From assembly GCA_049968235.1 (NCBI GenBank), contig JBMFRC010000007.1, forward strand, positions 98,153 through 162,152: a stretch of DNA of 64,000 bases, written 5' to 3'. The notes below the pieces were generated by a model, which worked only from the letters and a program-made list of their open reading frames with translations, did no database searches and was not told the DNA's origin. Positions 41,477 through 52,531 of the stretch are shown here, one piece after another; position 1 is the first letter of the stretch; every line of letters starts with the position of its first letter. This DNA is from Candidatus Hydrogenedens sp. GTDB taxonomy: Bacteria; Hydrogenedentota; Hydrogenedentia; Hydrogenedentales; Hydrogenedentaceae. A program made the translations under genes and the position numbers.

Positions 41477-42907
41477 ATGTCCAAGAATATAAATCGCCGA
41501 GACTTCATTGGGATAACAGGCTCCACTCTAAGCTTAAGCATGGTTAGTAATACAACTTCCAGAGATACATTAAACACTCCCAGTCTATCCCAAAAACTAA
41601 TTTCCAGCATTCAAGAATTGATTGAAAAGACACCTTTTGTTGATACCCATGAACACCTTCCCCCTGAAACTGGTCGTGTTGCCAATAAAAGTAATAAAGA
41701 CAAGACACCTGCTCCCGATATAGGCATGCTTTTTAGCCACTATGCAGATTCAGACCTTCAAGTATCCGGTTTATCTAATGATGACTACAAAAAACTTATC
41801 TCATGGGATTTATCCCCCAAAGATAAATGGAAATTGATTGCCCCCTACTATACACGCTGTCGGAACACAGGCTATTTACTATGTGTTCGGGAAAGTGTAA
41901 GAGCACTTTATGGCGAAGATGATATTCGAGAAGATAACTGCGAAAAAATAAGTAAACAATTAAATGAACAAATACAACCTGGCTTTTACCGTCAAATATT
42001 ACGCGAAGTAGCAAATATTGACTATGCCCAAATCAATTGCCTTCAGAGTGGAACTTTTCGTGAAAGTGAATCTGCTTCAGACTTGCTTTGTTTTGATATA
42101 TCAACTGTTGGCATTGCCAGTTCTATTTCCAAAATCGGGAGCCTTAATAAATTCGCAGACAAACCAATCAAAACACTAAATCAAGCCCATAAAACTATAG
42201 AGCATATATTTGAACGATTTGGACCTAAAGCAATAGCAGTAAAAGACCAATCTGCCTATGGTAGACCACTTCTATATGAAAATGTAAAAGACAAAGATAT
42301 ACAAACTATTTTCAAACAATTTGTTCAGAAACCATCTTTCTTAAAACCCGAAGAACTCAAAGCCATACAAGATAATCTATTTCGCAAATGCTTACGCTGT
42401 GCAACAGAATATAAACTCCCTATCAAACTACATACAGGCTATTTTGCAGGATACAATGGTATGGATTTATCCCGTGTTCGTAATAATCTTTGCGACCTTG
42501 TTCCATTAATCAAGGATTTTCCAGATACCACCTTCGTTATCATGCACATATCTTATCCCTATCAAAATGAATTGATTGCCCTCTGCAAACATTACCGCAA
42601 TGTATATGCGGATATGTGCTGGTCCTGGATAATAGACCCGGCTTCTGCAACTCGATTCCTGAAAGAATTCTTAACTACCGCACCTGCCCACAAAATATTT
42701 ACATTCGGAGGTGATTACATTCCCGTAGAACTCGTTCCAGGTCATGCTCGAATTGCTCGCAAAGGTATTGCATTAGCTATAGCCCAACTTTTGCATGAAG
42801 GGTGGCTCTCTGAATCTGATGCCCCTACCTTAATTCAGAGAATCATGAACCAAAATGCCCACGAAACCTTTGATCTCCCTCGTGTTTTAAAAGCATATAA
42901 AGTATAG
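41477..42907 (+). CDS. Tat-signal metal-dependent amidohydrolase (TIM-barrel hydrolase superfamily)
   Basis: 476 aa. NINRRDFIGITGSTLSL twin-arginine signal. FVDTHEHLPPE HxH metal motif. C-terminal HISYPYQNE...DMCW region typical of the amidohydrolase-2 family. Confidence 0.7.
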   Translation: MSKNINRRDFIGITGSTLSLSMVSNTTSRDTLNTPSLSQKLISSIQELIEKTPFVDTHEHLPPETGRVANKSNKDKTPAPDIGMLFSHYADSDLQVSGLSNDDYKKLISWDLSPKDKWKLIAPYYTRCRNTGYLLCVRESVRALYGEDDIREDNCEKISKQLNEQIQPGFYRQILREVANIDYAQINCLQSGTFRESESASDLLCFDISTVGIASSISKIGSLNKFADKPIKTLNQAHKTIEHIFERFGPKAIAVKDQSAYGRPLLYENVKDKDIQTIFKQFVQKPSFLKPEELKAIQDNLFRKCLRCATEYKLPIKLHTGYFAGYNGMDLSRVRNNLCDLVPLIKDFPDTTFVIMHISYPYQNELIALCKHYRNVYADMCWSWIIDPASATRFLKEFLTTAPAHKIFTFGGDYIPVELVPGHARIARKGIALAIAQLLHEGWLSESDAPTLIQRIMNQNAHETFDLPRVLKAYKV

Positions 42908-43033
42908 TCAAATTATAATTTCATTAATCTCGCTACTACACTTTTCTCTTCCCTATTTTTTGATAATATATAAAAACTAATAATATTCAATTGTAATATA
43001 TTTAAACCAATAAAAACTTTTTGGCACTGGAAT

Positions 43034-44708
43034 ATGAACCCATTTAGTCGTCGAGAGTTTTTAAGGTTAAGCAGTTTTTGTGCTATTGAAACTTCTTCCA
43101 TCGCTTCCATCATAAAAAATTCAAAAGAAGAAAAATCTACTCTCATATCGGATAATCTAAAAATTCCTCATGATAAGAATCTTCCTGCAAGTTATTTATT
43201 GGACTTTCATACTTCCATTCTTTAGTAGGGAAAAAATTTATTAGGTGTTTTGTCACCCCGACCACAATTATTTATCTCTTTGGGTGCTTTCAGTAAATCT
43301 AATTATGATGCAGAATTCCACTTTTGGTGGCCTGCACATAATTTAGGACGATGGCTTGACGCCATGTTACGGCTTGAATCTGCAACGGGATTTAAAATTC
43401 CTCATAAACTTGAATCTGCTTGTATAAACAACTTACATCGTTTTTTGATAATCCTGACCACATTTGTGTCAATTCGTACCCCAATGATTATTTTGGACTC
43501 CATTTACTTCGGGAAGATATGCCTGCCCTTCATGCATTAGTAAAGTATCGAAATGACCGCTGGGCAAAGGATAAAGGTAAAAAAATGATAGAAAACTCAA
43601 ACCGCGCCTGGCAGGATAATGGAACATGGAACCTTGATGTATGCGTTAATGCAAAACGAAGTAATCATTTAGGTCGACACTCAGACCCCACAGACTCCTG
43701 TGGTCGAATGATTGAAGCACTTATATATTTTTATGAAGTGACCGGTGAACTATGTGTCATTGACCTGGCGGAACGATTTGCCAAATACAACTTAGAAAAT
43801 TCTACCAATCCTGATGGCACCATTAATTACGCCAGCAAACCAGACCACACTCATTCATATCTGAACACATTGAAAGGTCTATTCTTATATGGGAAAATAA
43901 CCGGACAGAAAAAATACATAGACAGGGTTTCATCGGTTTATTATACAACGGTGAAAGGACTTATTTCGGAATCGGGATATAATGCTCATGACCTCGGCAC
44001 AGATGGGTTTGCAGAAGTAACCTCTGCGGGTGATTCCGCTCAACTGGCACTATGGCTTGCATTGATGGGTGATGGTAAACTTCTTGATGACGTAGAACGA
44101 CTTCTGCGCGTCCGACTTTTCGAATCTCAAATTATCGAAACACCTCCATTAGTACCGGTTAAAAATGATAATGCATATATACATCGTGATTTAGAACAGC
44201 GTATCATCGGCGACTACGAAGGTTGTCATGAACATCCCCATAGTGGGAAACAAGCGGTTACCGATGTAACATCTGCTGTTCTCCACTCCGTCATCGACTT
44301 ATACCAGCACACAGTTCAACAGAATGGAGATACCTTAAAAATATACTTTCATATCCCTTGCAGGACAAAATATGCAGATATAGAATCCAAACGCGGAAAA
44401 GAAGCAACATTAATAATCACTACTAAGAAACATTACGTCTTCTCATCCACGTGCCTAATTGGACACCTAGAGAGAATATCAGATTTAAATCAGTTGGTAA
44501 ATCTATTTCCGCTTCCATATCCGGTAATTTTGCATTCATCTCACAAGAACGACCTGAAGGTCCCGTAGAGATAAATTATCAATTACCTGAGCGAATTACA
44601 AAAGATAATTTGCGAGGAATAGAGTTCACCTATAAGTGGCGCAGAGATGACATCATGGGCATACCTCCCAACACAGACTTCTATCCATTCTATCCAACTC
44701 TGGAATAA
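43034..44708 (+). pseudogene. Tat-signal secreted enzyme gene split into four ORF fragments (one in-frame TAG and two -1 frameshifts)
   Basis: ORFs 43034..43225 (Tat motif SRREFLR), 43250..43540, 43420..44568 and 44451..44708 occupy frames 2, 2, 1 and 0. The TAG at 43223 is in frame. The frame 2 to 1 switch sits at the T6 run 43441-43446, and adding a T gives LHRFFDNPDHICVN. The frame 1 to 0 switch falls inside 44451-44568. Confidence 0.6.
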
Positions 44709-44815
44709 TCATTACTATAATATACTCTCTATGCAATAATTCCCTAATTCAAAAATTAATTTGACTTATCAATCCTTCACTCTGATATTTTTAATATAAG
44801 TTAAAGGGTATAAAA

Positions 44816-45367
44816 ATGGAACAAAACGAAGTCAATACAGCTTTTGAAATTCTATTGGAAGAAATTGAAGAAGTGTTCAATTTCTTAAATGAAGATGCTG
44901 AAACTGCCTTTAAATCTAAAGATTATGAAAAAGCCAAACAACTCATTGAAAACGGGGAAAAATTAAAACAATTCCGAGAAAAAATTAAAGCATTACAAAC
45001 AGAGTGGCAAAACCTTTTTGGCAAAAGAGTATATTCAAGCAGTAGAAAAAGAAAATCTAAAGGTAGATTGAAAAAAGGACTTCGCACTCCTGAGTCTGAA
45101 TTTAGAATTCCTATATTAGAAGCAATTGATAGTCTCGGAGGAAAAGGAAAAACAAGCCAGGTCATACAGTTAGTTTATTCAAAAATCAAACACAAATTGA
45201 ATGAACATGATTTAGAACCTTTAACTTCAAATCCTAATCAAAAAAGATGGGAAAACACCGCCCAATGGACAAGAAATACCCTCGTTAATGAAGGATTACT
45301 TTCTGCTAATTCTCCACAGGGTATCTGGGAAATAACTGAAAAAGGACGAAAATTCCTTCGTTCTTAA
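44816..45367 (+). CDS. Winged-helix protein with Mrr_N-like domain and N-terminal coiled coil
   Basis: 183 aa. The C-terminal half (ILEAIDSLGGKGKTSQVIQLVYSKI...NQKRWENTAQWTRNTLVNEGLLSANSPQGIWEITEKGRKFL) follows the Mrr N-terminal wHTH pattern found on restriction enzymes. There is no nuclease domain. Confidence 0.55.
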   Translation: MEQNEVNTAFEILLEEIEEVFNFLNEDAETAFKSKDYEKAKQLIENGEKLKQFREKIKALQTEWQNLFGKRVYSSSRKRKSKGRLKKGLRTPESEFRIPILEAIDSLGGKGKTSQVIQLVYSKIKHKLNEHDLEPLTSNPNQKRWENTAQWTRNTLVNEGLLSANSPQGIWEITEKGRKFLRS

Positions 45368-45421
45368 AATTAATCCACTCAAAATAGATTTGTATTAAAA
45401 ATCTTTGATAGGAGCTACAAG

Positions 45422-47821
45422 ATGAAACATTCTATTTCTCTCTTAAACATCTTTCTACTTTTTGCTGTTCTTCATCTACCGTCTTTTGCGGAGAACATCG
45501 CTTTAGGTGCAAAGTACACATTAGACCCCGTTCCCAATTACACACATTGTAAAGATAAAGACGATACCATTCAACTCACCGACGGCAAGTATGTAGAAGG
45601 ATATTTCTGGACACAACAAGGCACTGTCGGCTGGTCAAATGAAGGGCTTGTCATCATCACTATTGACCTCGGTAAAGATATGCCCATTGGAGGACTATCA
45701 TTTAGCACCGCAGGAGGAACTGCAGGTGTTGACTTCCCTAAATCTATTATGATTTTTACCGCAGGTGAAGACGGAATATTCCACAAAATCGGCAACCTAA
45801 TAGAACTAAACGACCAAAAACTTAAACCACCTAAAGCAGGATATGCTACCTATATTTATAAAACTGAGAAAATAAAAACACATGGACGAAAAGTAGGGCT
45901 GGTTATCGTTTCTGACCGTTTCACTTTCTGTGATGAAATTGAAGTTTATAAGGGAAGCGATAGTTTCTTAACCATCCCATTCCCCAAAGAAGGAACTGAT
46001 GATTTGCACAAATACACACAAATGATTACCACTTATAACTGCGTAAAACAACGGATAACAAACGACATAGAATCCCTCCGCAAAATTACCGAAAATATTT
46101 CCTCAAGAAATAAACAGCGACACTATCGCAAACAGTTAGATAAGATAATGCAAGAAGTTAAAAGCCTACCCATGGAATACAATCCTGAATTTAAGACAAT
46201 CTTCCCCATAAATTCAACCCATGAAAAAGTCTTCAATACTTTAGGAAAACTCTGGAAGGATACAGGCATCAACCAAATTATCGTTGAATCCATAAATCCA
46301 TATCAATATCTCGAATTACTTCCTGCAAATCCTATCTTCACGGACAAAGAATCTAATCAACTCCATCTTGAGATGATGCAAAACGAAGTCCGTTCCGTTG
46401 CATTCAACATTGCCTCACCCCGAAATATGGCTGTAAAAATTGTCATCTCAGGAATACCCGATGAAATGAGAAAAAAACATATCGAAGTTCGCAAAGTATT
46501 ATGGACAGATACAAAAAAATTAGAACCTGTTGCTTCCGCTTTACTGCCTCTTACAGATGAGAACGGAATATATAAACTTCATATCACCGGAGGGTTAATT
46601 CAGCAAATCTGGCTAACCGTCCACTCAAAAGACCTCTCTCCCAGTACTTACACTATGACAGTCAAAGTAAACGAAACATCGTTACCTTTCTCCTTAAGAA
46701 TATATCCCATTCGTTTCCCCGACCGACCCACCTTACATATGGGAGGCTGGGACTATACAAATGTCCTGAAACATTATGAAGTTACAGAAGCGAACCGAAC
46801 TATTTTAGTAAATATGCTAAGGGAATACTTTGTAGATTCCCCATGGGCTACTTCTGTCGCTATGCCATTTGGTTCTTATGATGATTCTGGGACCATGACC
46901 ACCCCTCCGGATACAAGCAACTTTGATGCATGGCGACAACTCTGGCACGACGCCCGTCAATATTGTGTATTTGTATCTGTATCTAATAAATTAAAAAATT
47001 GGGACATCGCAACTCCATCATTCAATAAAGCAGTTTCTGAATGGGCAAAATTCTGGGGCGATTATATGCGAAAAGCAGGATTAGACCCATCACAGTTAGT
47101 TATTCTTCTTGTGGACGAACCCCATGAACATTCTGCGGATACCATTATCAAAGCATGGGCGGAAGTAATTCATGCTTCCGGCGCCGGTATTACTATCTGG
47201 GAAGACCCCATTTACAAAGATATGAGCCAGGCATTACCCGAAATGATTGCCGAATGTGATGTCCTTTGCCCAAACCGACAACTTTTCTATTCCTGTGGTG
47301 AAAAATACCGCATGTTTTTCATTAACCAACGGGAACAGGGTAAAAAACTTGAATTCTATTCATGTAGCGGACCTATGCGACTATTAGACCCCTTGACCTA
47401 TTGCCGATTACAGGCATGGGATTGCTGGCGGTACGGAGCAAGAGCCACATACTTCTGGGCATTCGCTGATTCTGCGGGTGCCTCTTCCTGGAATGACTAT
47501 CTTTGCACACGAAATACATATACCCCGCTATTTATTGATGAAACATCTGTTACTGCTGGCAAACATTTAGAAGCCATGCGAGAAGGTATCGAAGACTACG
47601 AATACCTACTCATGCTCGATAAAGCCATAAAAGAAGGGAAAGGTTCTGAAAATACACGAAAACAGGCAGAAACACTACTCCATGAACTCCCTGATAAACT
47701 TCTATCCATCATACCCGAGAATGGACGCCTCTTCTGGCGCGAATCCAGAAACCTTGAAATTATTAACCCCATATGCCAGCAAATTCTCCAAACCTTAAAC
47801 CAATTAAAAAATCAACAATAA
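45422..47821 (+). CDS. Secreted protein with N-terminal discoidin (F5/8 type C, CBM32-like) domain, putative glycoside hydrolase
   Basis: 799 aa. Signal peptide. Residues about 30-150 follow a discoidin-like pattern (LTDGKYVEGYFWTQQGTVGWSNEGLVIITIDLGKD...). The large C-terminal region is of unknown family. Confidence 0.6.
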   Translation: MKHSISLLNIFLLFAVLHLPSFAENIALGAKYTLDPVPNYTHCKDKDDTIQLTDGKYVEGYFWTQQGTVGWSNEGLVIITIDLGKDMPIGGLSFSTAGGTAGVDFPKSIMIFTAGEDGIFHKIGNLIELNDQKLKPPKAGYATYIYKTEKIKTHGRKVGLVIVSDRFTFCDEIEVYKGSDSFLTIPFPKEGTDDLHKYTQMITTYNCVKQRITNDIESLRKITENISSRNKQRHYRKQLDKIMQEVKSLPMEYNPEFKTIFPINSTHEKVFNTLGKLWKDTGINQIIVESINPYQYLELLPANPIFTDKESNQLHLEMMQNEVRSVAFNIASPRNMAVKIVISGIPDEMRKKHIEVRKVLWTDTKKLEPVASALLPLTDENGIYKLHITGGLIQQIWLTVHSKDLSPSTYTMTVKVNETSLPFSLRIYPIRFPDRPTLHMGGWDYTNVLKHYEVTEANRTILVNMLREYFVDSPWATSVAMPFGSYDDSGTMTTPPDTSNFDAWRQLWHDARQYCVFVSVSNKLKNWDIATPSFNKAVSEWAKFWGDYMRKAGLDPSQLVILLVDEPHEHSADTIIKAWAEVIHASGAGITIWEDPIYKDMSQALPEMIAECDVLCPNRQLFYSCGEKYRMFFINQREQGKKLEFYSCSGPMRLLDPLTYCRLQAWDCWRYGARATYFWAFADSAGASSWNDYLCTRNTYTPLFIDETSVTAGKHLEAMREGIEDYEYLLMLDKAIKEGKGSENTRKQAETLLHELPDKLLSIIPENGRLFWRESRNLEIINPICQQILQTLNQLKNQQ

Positions 47822-47938
47822 TTTTCCATATATTTTACCTGTTTTATCTGCCAATCCAGTCCTCTTCTCACTATAACTTAAAAAATCATAATAATTTAAT
47901 GTATAATTTCTCTTTCCCTCATTTCAGGATTTTCATCA

Positions 47939-49342
47939 ATGGAAGATACTACAACGAAAAGAACCGTCCTTTTTATTTCTGTTTTGAGTTCATTTCTCAC
48001 GCCATTCATGGGTTCAGCAGTAAACATAGCACTACCCTCTATCGGCAAAGAACTTTCTATCAGTGAGGTTATGTTAAATTGGATTACTACATCCTATATC
48101 CTTACATCTGCAATATGCCTAGTGTCTTTTGGAGTTATAGCGGATTCATACGGCAGAAAAAAGGTTTTCCTCTATGGAATTATCCTATTTACCCTTTCCT
48201 CTCTTCTTTGTTCCATTTCTTCATCCATTCTCACTTTGCTCCTGTATAGAATTTTACAGGGTATTAGTGGAGCCATGATAATGTCCACAGGTATGTCAAT
48301 TTTAATCTCCGTATTTCCTCCCGGTGAACGTGGCAAAGTTATAGGTATAAGCACTTCCGCAGTTTATCTGGGTCTATCCCTTAGTCCATTTCTCGGGGGT
48401 ATCCTAACACAATATACCGGTTGGCAAAGTGTTTTCCTCACCATCGTCCCTATTGGAATAATAACCACTACTCTCATTATGTGGAAACTAAAAGGTGAAT
48501 GGAAACAACCCAGAAATGGTAAAATAGATGTATTCGGTTTTCTTACATATCCCCTATCTTTAATTTCCTTAATGTATGGGATATCCATCCTACCTCAACC
48601 TTTAGCATGGTGGCTCATCACAGCAGGCTTTTTATGTCTATGCATATTCATACTATGGGAGAAACAACATAAAAATCCACTCATTGATATAAATATTTTT
48701 CAAAACAATACCGTTTTTACTTTTTCCAATATCTCCGGATTAATTAATTATAGTGCTACTTTCGGAGTAACCTTTTTACTTGCTTTATATTTACAATACA
48801 TAAAAGGAATCTCTCCCAAAAATTCGGGAATAATTTTACTGGCACAAACTCTAATGATGACCCTATTTTCTCCATTTGCAGGACGAATTTCTGATAAGAT
48901 TGAACCACAACTTGTGGCATCATCAGGTATGTTTTTAAATTCAATAGCACTGTTTATGCTTATTTTTCTCAACGAAAATACTCCTGTATCTTTTGTCCTT
49001 GTCTATTTAGCAATATTAGGCATTGGCTTTACTCTTTTTTCATCTCCTAACACCAATGCAGTGATGAGTTCCATTCCTAAAAGTCTTTATGGTACCGCTT
49101 CAGGAATTTTAGGGACCATGCGTCTCACAGGACAAATAACCAGTATGGGCATCATCATGTTAATCACAACTCTTTATATTGGCAATATACAAATAACTCC
49201 CGAACATTACCCTGCTTTTCTAACAAGTATGAAAATTTCCTTCATTGTCTTTGCTTCTTTGTGTTTCATAGGCAACTTTATCTCTATCGCCCACGGAAAA
49301 CTGTATAATAACAAAGCAGACATGGTCCCTCGCGTTAAATGA
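47939..49342 (+). CDS. MFS transporter (DHA2-like, 14 TMS drug:H+ antiporter family)
   Basis: 467 aa. MFS motif A-like GVIADSYGRKKVF after TM2. 14 predicted hydrophobic segments. Confidence 0.85.
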   Translation: MEDTTTKRTVLFISVLSSFLTPFMGSAVNIALPSIGKELSISEVMLNWITTSYILTSAICLVSFGVIADSYGRKKVFLYGIILFTLSSLLCSISSSILTLLLYRILQGISGAMIMSTGMSILISVFPPGERGKVIGISTSAVYLGLSLSPFLGGILTQYTGWQSVFLTIVPIGIITTTLIMWKLKGEWKQPRNGKIDVFGFLTYPLSLISLMYGISILPQPLAWWLITAGFLCLCIFILWEKQHKNPLIDINIFQNNTVFTFSNISGLINYSATFGVTFLLALYLQYIKGISPKNSGIILLAQTLMMTLFSPFAGRISDKIEPQLVASSGMFLNSIALFMLIFLNENTPVSFVLVYLAILGIGFTLFSSPNTNAVMSSIPKSLYGTASGILGTMRLTGQITSMGIIMLITTLYIGNIQITPEHYPAFLTSMKISFIVFASLCFIGNFISIAHGKLYNNKADMVPRVK

Positions 49343-49374
49343 ATTCTTATACAAACCTCTGTTTATATCTTCGC

Positions 49375-51789
49375 TTATTTTTCGATTTCTCGCATTTGCT
49401 TTATGATTCCTTTCGGAAGTGGCAACACATTATCCCTCCCTTTGACTTCAGAAGTTGTACGTAATTTAATAACCATAGGTTGAGATGTATAAATTATCTT
49501 ACCGAAAATTAATTCTCGGTCAGGGTCGTAATAAAAATTCACGGACTTATCATTAGTAGTAACTTCAACCACAGTTTTTGCTCCTTTCCCAAAAATAACC
49601 CAATCCTCCAAACCCAATGGAGCATCTAATTTCACCGTTAATGTGTTCAATTCATTATTCCATACCTCGCATAATCGTTTTCCTCCCCAGAGATGATATG
49701 GCAATTCTTCTAACACAGCCCTTAAATAGAATACCTTCATTTGATACGGTTCTAACGGAACCTCGATAAAAATTTCAGGTACCTGCTGTTTTGTAACCTT
49801 AACCGCATCACATTGTTGAATATCATAAGAAATATACTTTTTATCTCCTACTACATAATCCGTTAAATTTGTTACTCCACATTTTTGCTTATCATCTGTT
49901 CTATTAGCAACAACGACAAGATAATCATCCCAAACCCTGTTATGATATAGTACCGCATAAGTTCCAGATACAGATGTTTTCAATTCCGACCATGCTTCTG
50001 TCTCATACATGCCAAAATAATACTGCATTAGGTTATACATTCTAATATACTTGACCTCATTCGGAAATACTCCCTCTGCGTATGGAAATTTTTCAGGCAA
50101 AAGTCGCCAATCGGTAGAACAATATTGTCCCCCTCCCGTGAGCAGGTCAAAGGTATATGCGGATTCCACCGGACACCGTTCCCTTTCATCATCACCTGCA
50201 TATAGACAACCCTGTCCATACATATTTGCAAACGACCCAAAAGTTGTTCGAAATTCTTCTACAGTTGAAAAATCATAACCCTCACCAAAAAGATGAACAT
50301 CAAAAGGTGCAATAATCGGTAAAACAAAAGCCTTACTACAATGCTCAATTAATACCACATGTGGAATTTTTTCTTTTAATGTCTCTCTCCGACGCCAATT
50401 AACATCATGTAGCTCAATTAAACAATCATATACCTCCTGCGGATGATTATGTTCCTTCCACCGTTTGCAGTTTGAATAGGCTAAATTATCATCGATATAC
50501 ATCCCATCCACAGGGTATCGTTCCATCATTCGACGATTACATTGCATTCGATAATCTGCTAATCCATTGGGAGAAGCAAGACAGGTCGCAACAAGGTCAC
50601 AAAACGGGTCCATCGTTGCCGTATACCGACCCCCATAATTAAAACCTTCCCATTCCACCCATTTACCCTCATTCATTCGCTTCACCACCTCCGACGCATG
50701 GGCATATTGCAGGTCCGCATTAGCAGTCCAGATAAATAGCATACCCGCGTCATGCACAGTTTTAATAACCCGGTCCAGTTCTTCCGCAGGTGGACGAGGT
50801 TCTCCGGGCGGGCCCAAACGATGCATTTGAAATAATGTATAACCCAATCGAGCAACCCTCCATATTTCCTCATCCGTTGGATAGGGATACTTTTCATCTC
50901 CAATCCAGATAAACATACGTAAATCATGCCGACGCGGATGAGGTAAACGATTCGGTGCTACTGCCAGACCTATACAAAAAGTAAACGGTTTACTTGCTTT
51001 AAGAACATAAGGTTCTCCTTTCTCTCCAACATGAACAATATGCTGATGTATATTTACAAAACTGTCATTGCCTTGAATAGAATCTACACGCACGGCTCCT
51101 GTGTCCAGTTCCTGTGGTGAACGATAATAATCTCCCATATCTGTAAACATAGCTAACGCAGATTTATTACTATATACCTCCAGACACGAAGTCGGGGTAT
51201 ATACCCGTGCCGTCTCCCCTATCTTTGGTATTTCTCCTTGATAACAATCAAAACCATAAGTATCTCTACGCTTGTGTAAGTAATGTGAGAACTGACCGCG
51301 TGCACTTAACTCCTGCCGTATCCCTTGGATTAACAATCTATCCGTTTCTGGCGTCAATGTAACTTGCGAGACAAATACACCATCATTATAAAAAGTACTC
51401 CTTATAATACAGGAAATATCCAAACCCCATTTACCCTCCGTTTGAAGCACAATCTGATTCTTTCCTTTAACCTCAACTATTGTCTTTCCTCTCATATTCT
51501 TAACAAGGTTTTCATCATCTATCAAAATATTCAATGGCTCTGTCATTTTCACCACAATAATCCCTTCACGCACTACCTCAATATCCGTTATAGCACCCGT
51601 ATCCTTGTTTACGGTATAACGGAAAGTTGGTCCATGAACAGTAATATTACTCTCCGTTTCCTCACAAACCAAATCCTCCGATGGTAATGGCTCCCTTAAC
51701 ACTTCCTTAATCGTCTTACTCATAGTCTCTGTAAAACCGTAAAAAGACATAAAAAATAGAACAAATAAAATAATCCTTTTCATACACAC
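49375..51789 (-). CDS. Large secreted hypothetical protein (possible glycoside hydrolase)
   Basis: 804 aa. Signal peptide MKRIILFVLFFMSFYGFTE. No family confidently recognised. Confidence 0.65.
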   Translation of the reverse strand: MCMKRIILFVLFFMSFYGFTETMSKTIKEVLREPLPSEDLVCEETESNITVHGPTFRYTVNKDTGAITDIEVVREGIIVVKMTEPLNILIDDENLVKNMRGKTIVEVKGKNQIVLQTEGKWGLDISCIIRSTFYNDGVFVSQVTLTPETDRLLIQGIRQELSARGQFSHYLHKRRDTYGFDCYQGEIPKIGETARVYTPTSCLEVYSNKSALAMFTDMGDYYRSPQELDTGAVRVDSIQGNDSFVNIHQHIVHVGEKGEPYVLKASKPFTFCIGLAVAPNRLPHPRRHDLRMFIWIGDEKYPYPTDEEIWRVARLGYTLFQMHRLGPPGEPRPPAEELDRVIKTVHDAGMLFIWTANADLQYAHASEVVKRMNEGKWVEWEGFNYGGRYTATMDPFCDLVATCLASPNGLADYRMQCNRRMMERYPVDGMYIDDNLAYSNCKRWKEHNHPQEVYDCLIELHDVNWRRRETLKEKIPHVVLIEHCSKAFVLPIIAPFDVHLFGEGYDFSTVEEFRTTFGSFANMYGQGCLYAGDDERERCPVESAYTFDLLTGGGQYCSTDWRLLPEKFPYAEGVFPNEVKYIRMYNLMQYYFGMYETEAWSELKTSVSGTYAVLYHNRVWDDYLVVVANRTDDKQKCGVTNLTDYVVGDKKYISYDIQQCDAVKVTKQQVPEIFIEVPLEPYQMKVFYLRAVLEELPYHLWGGKRLCEVWNNELNTLTVKLDAPLGLEDWVIFGKGAKTVVEVTTNDKSVNFYYDPDRELIFGKIIYTSQPMVIKLRTTSEVKGRDNVLPLPKGIIKQMREIEK

Positions 51790-51926
51790 TTCCTCTTCCT
51801 TATATAGATTTTAAACATTTCACTAATCATACAAAGAAATTTACACAAAAAAAAACAATTTTCAGGACTTCTTTCCTGATAACTTGAAACTATACAAAGG
51901 TATTTTTATATAATATTTAACACGGT

Positions 51927-52002
51927 TGCCGGATCGCCTAATTGGTAGGGCACCTGACTCTGGATCAGGCTTGTCTAGGTTCGAGTCCTAGTCCGGCAGC
52001 CA
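51927..52002 (+). tRNA. tRNA-Gln (anticodon CTG)
   Basis: TGCCGGA acceptor stem pairing with TCCGGCA. Anticodon stem CCUGA/UCAGG with loop CUCUGGA, so the anticodon is CUG. TTCGAGT T-loop. CCA encoded. T-run follows. Confidence 0.8.
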
Positions 52003-52102
52003 TTTTTTTACCCAAAATTAGTCAAAACTTCGTAGAAACTTCTCACAAAAGTTTGTCTAAAGTAAAAAGGTTTTGCTAAAATATTTTTTTCTGCAATGAA
52101 GT

Positions 52103-52178
52103 GGCCCCTTCATCTAGCGGTTCAGGATGCAGGATTCTCAGTCCTGTCACACGGGTTCGAATCCCGTAGGGGCTGCCA
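52103..52178 (+). tRNA. tRNA-Glu (anticodon CTC)
   Basis: GGCCCCU UC AUCU AGCGGUUCA GGAU G CAGGA UUCUCAG UCCUG UCAC ACGGG UUCGAAU CCCGU AGGGGCU G CCA. The architecture closely parallels E. coli tRNA-Glu. Confidence 0.75.
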
Positions 52179-52210
52179 ATTATTTAAATGTTCCAAAAAG
52201 TTTATTTCTA

Positions 52211-52531
52211 ATGCACATTCGTTTACTACTATTTAAGGGCTGTCCTTCCGGACGGAAAGCGGAAGAGGTATTAAAACAGGTATTAACCGAAGAAAATATC
52301 TCTGCTCCCATTGAAATTATCGATGTTCCGGACATAGATACCGCCATTCGTGAACATTTTTTAGGTTCCCCAACTATACAAATAAACGGATTGGATATTG
52401 AACCTTCACGACAAAATGACCCACCTTGCCACGGTTGCCGATTATATCGTACTCCAGAAGGGACCAGCGGCATTCCACCAAAAGAACTTATTCGTTCTGC
52501 TCTTCACCGTGCTTTACAAAACGAAATATAG
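52211..52531 (+). CDS. Small thioredoxin-fold-like hypothetical protein
   Basis: Start trimmed to the ATG at 52211 so it no longer overlaps tRNA-Glu. 106 aa with a CHGC pair near the C-terminus and a GCPSG near the N-terminus. Confidence 0.4.
   Translation: MHIRLLLFKGCPSGRKAEEVLKQVLTEENISAPIEIIDVPDIDTAIREHFLGSPTIQINGLDIEPSRQNDPPCHGCRLYRTPEGTSGIPPKELIRSALHRALQNEI

Noticed and set aside
41035-43225. In-frame TAG codons (41035, 43223) as evidence of amber recoding in this organism
   Set aside because: TAG terminates several confidently called genes here (FtsA-like 22471-22473, 4Fe-4S gene 31167-31169, amidohydrolase 42905-42907) with no in-frame extension. Isolated lesions are more likely.
52127-52210. 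N-terminal 28 codons of ORF 52127..52531
   Set aside because: This part overlaps tRNA-Glu (52103..52178). The call was trimmed to the internal ATG at 52211.
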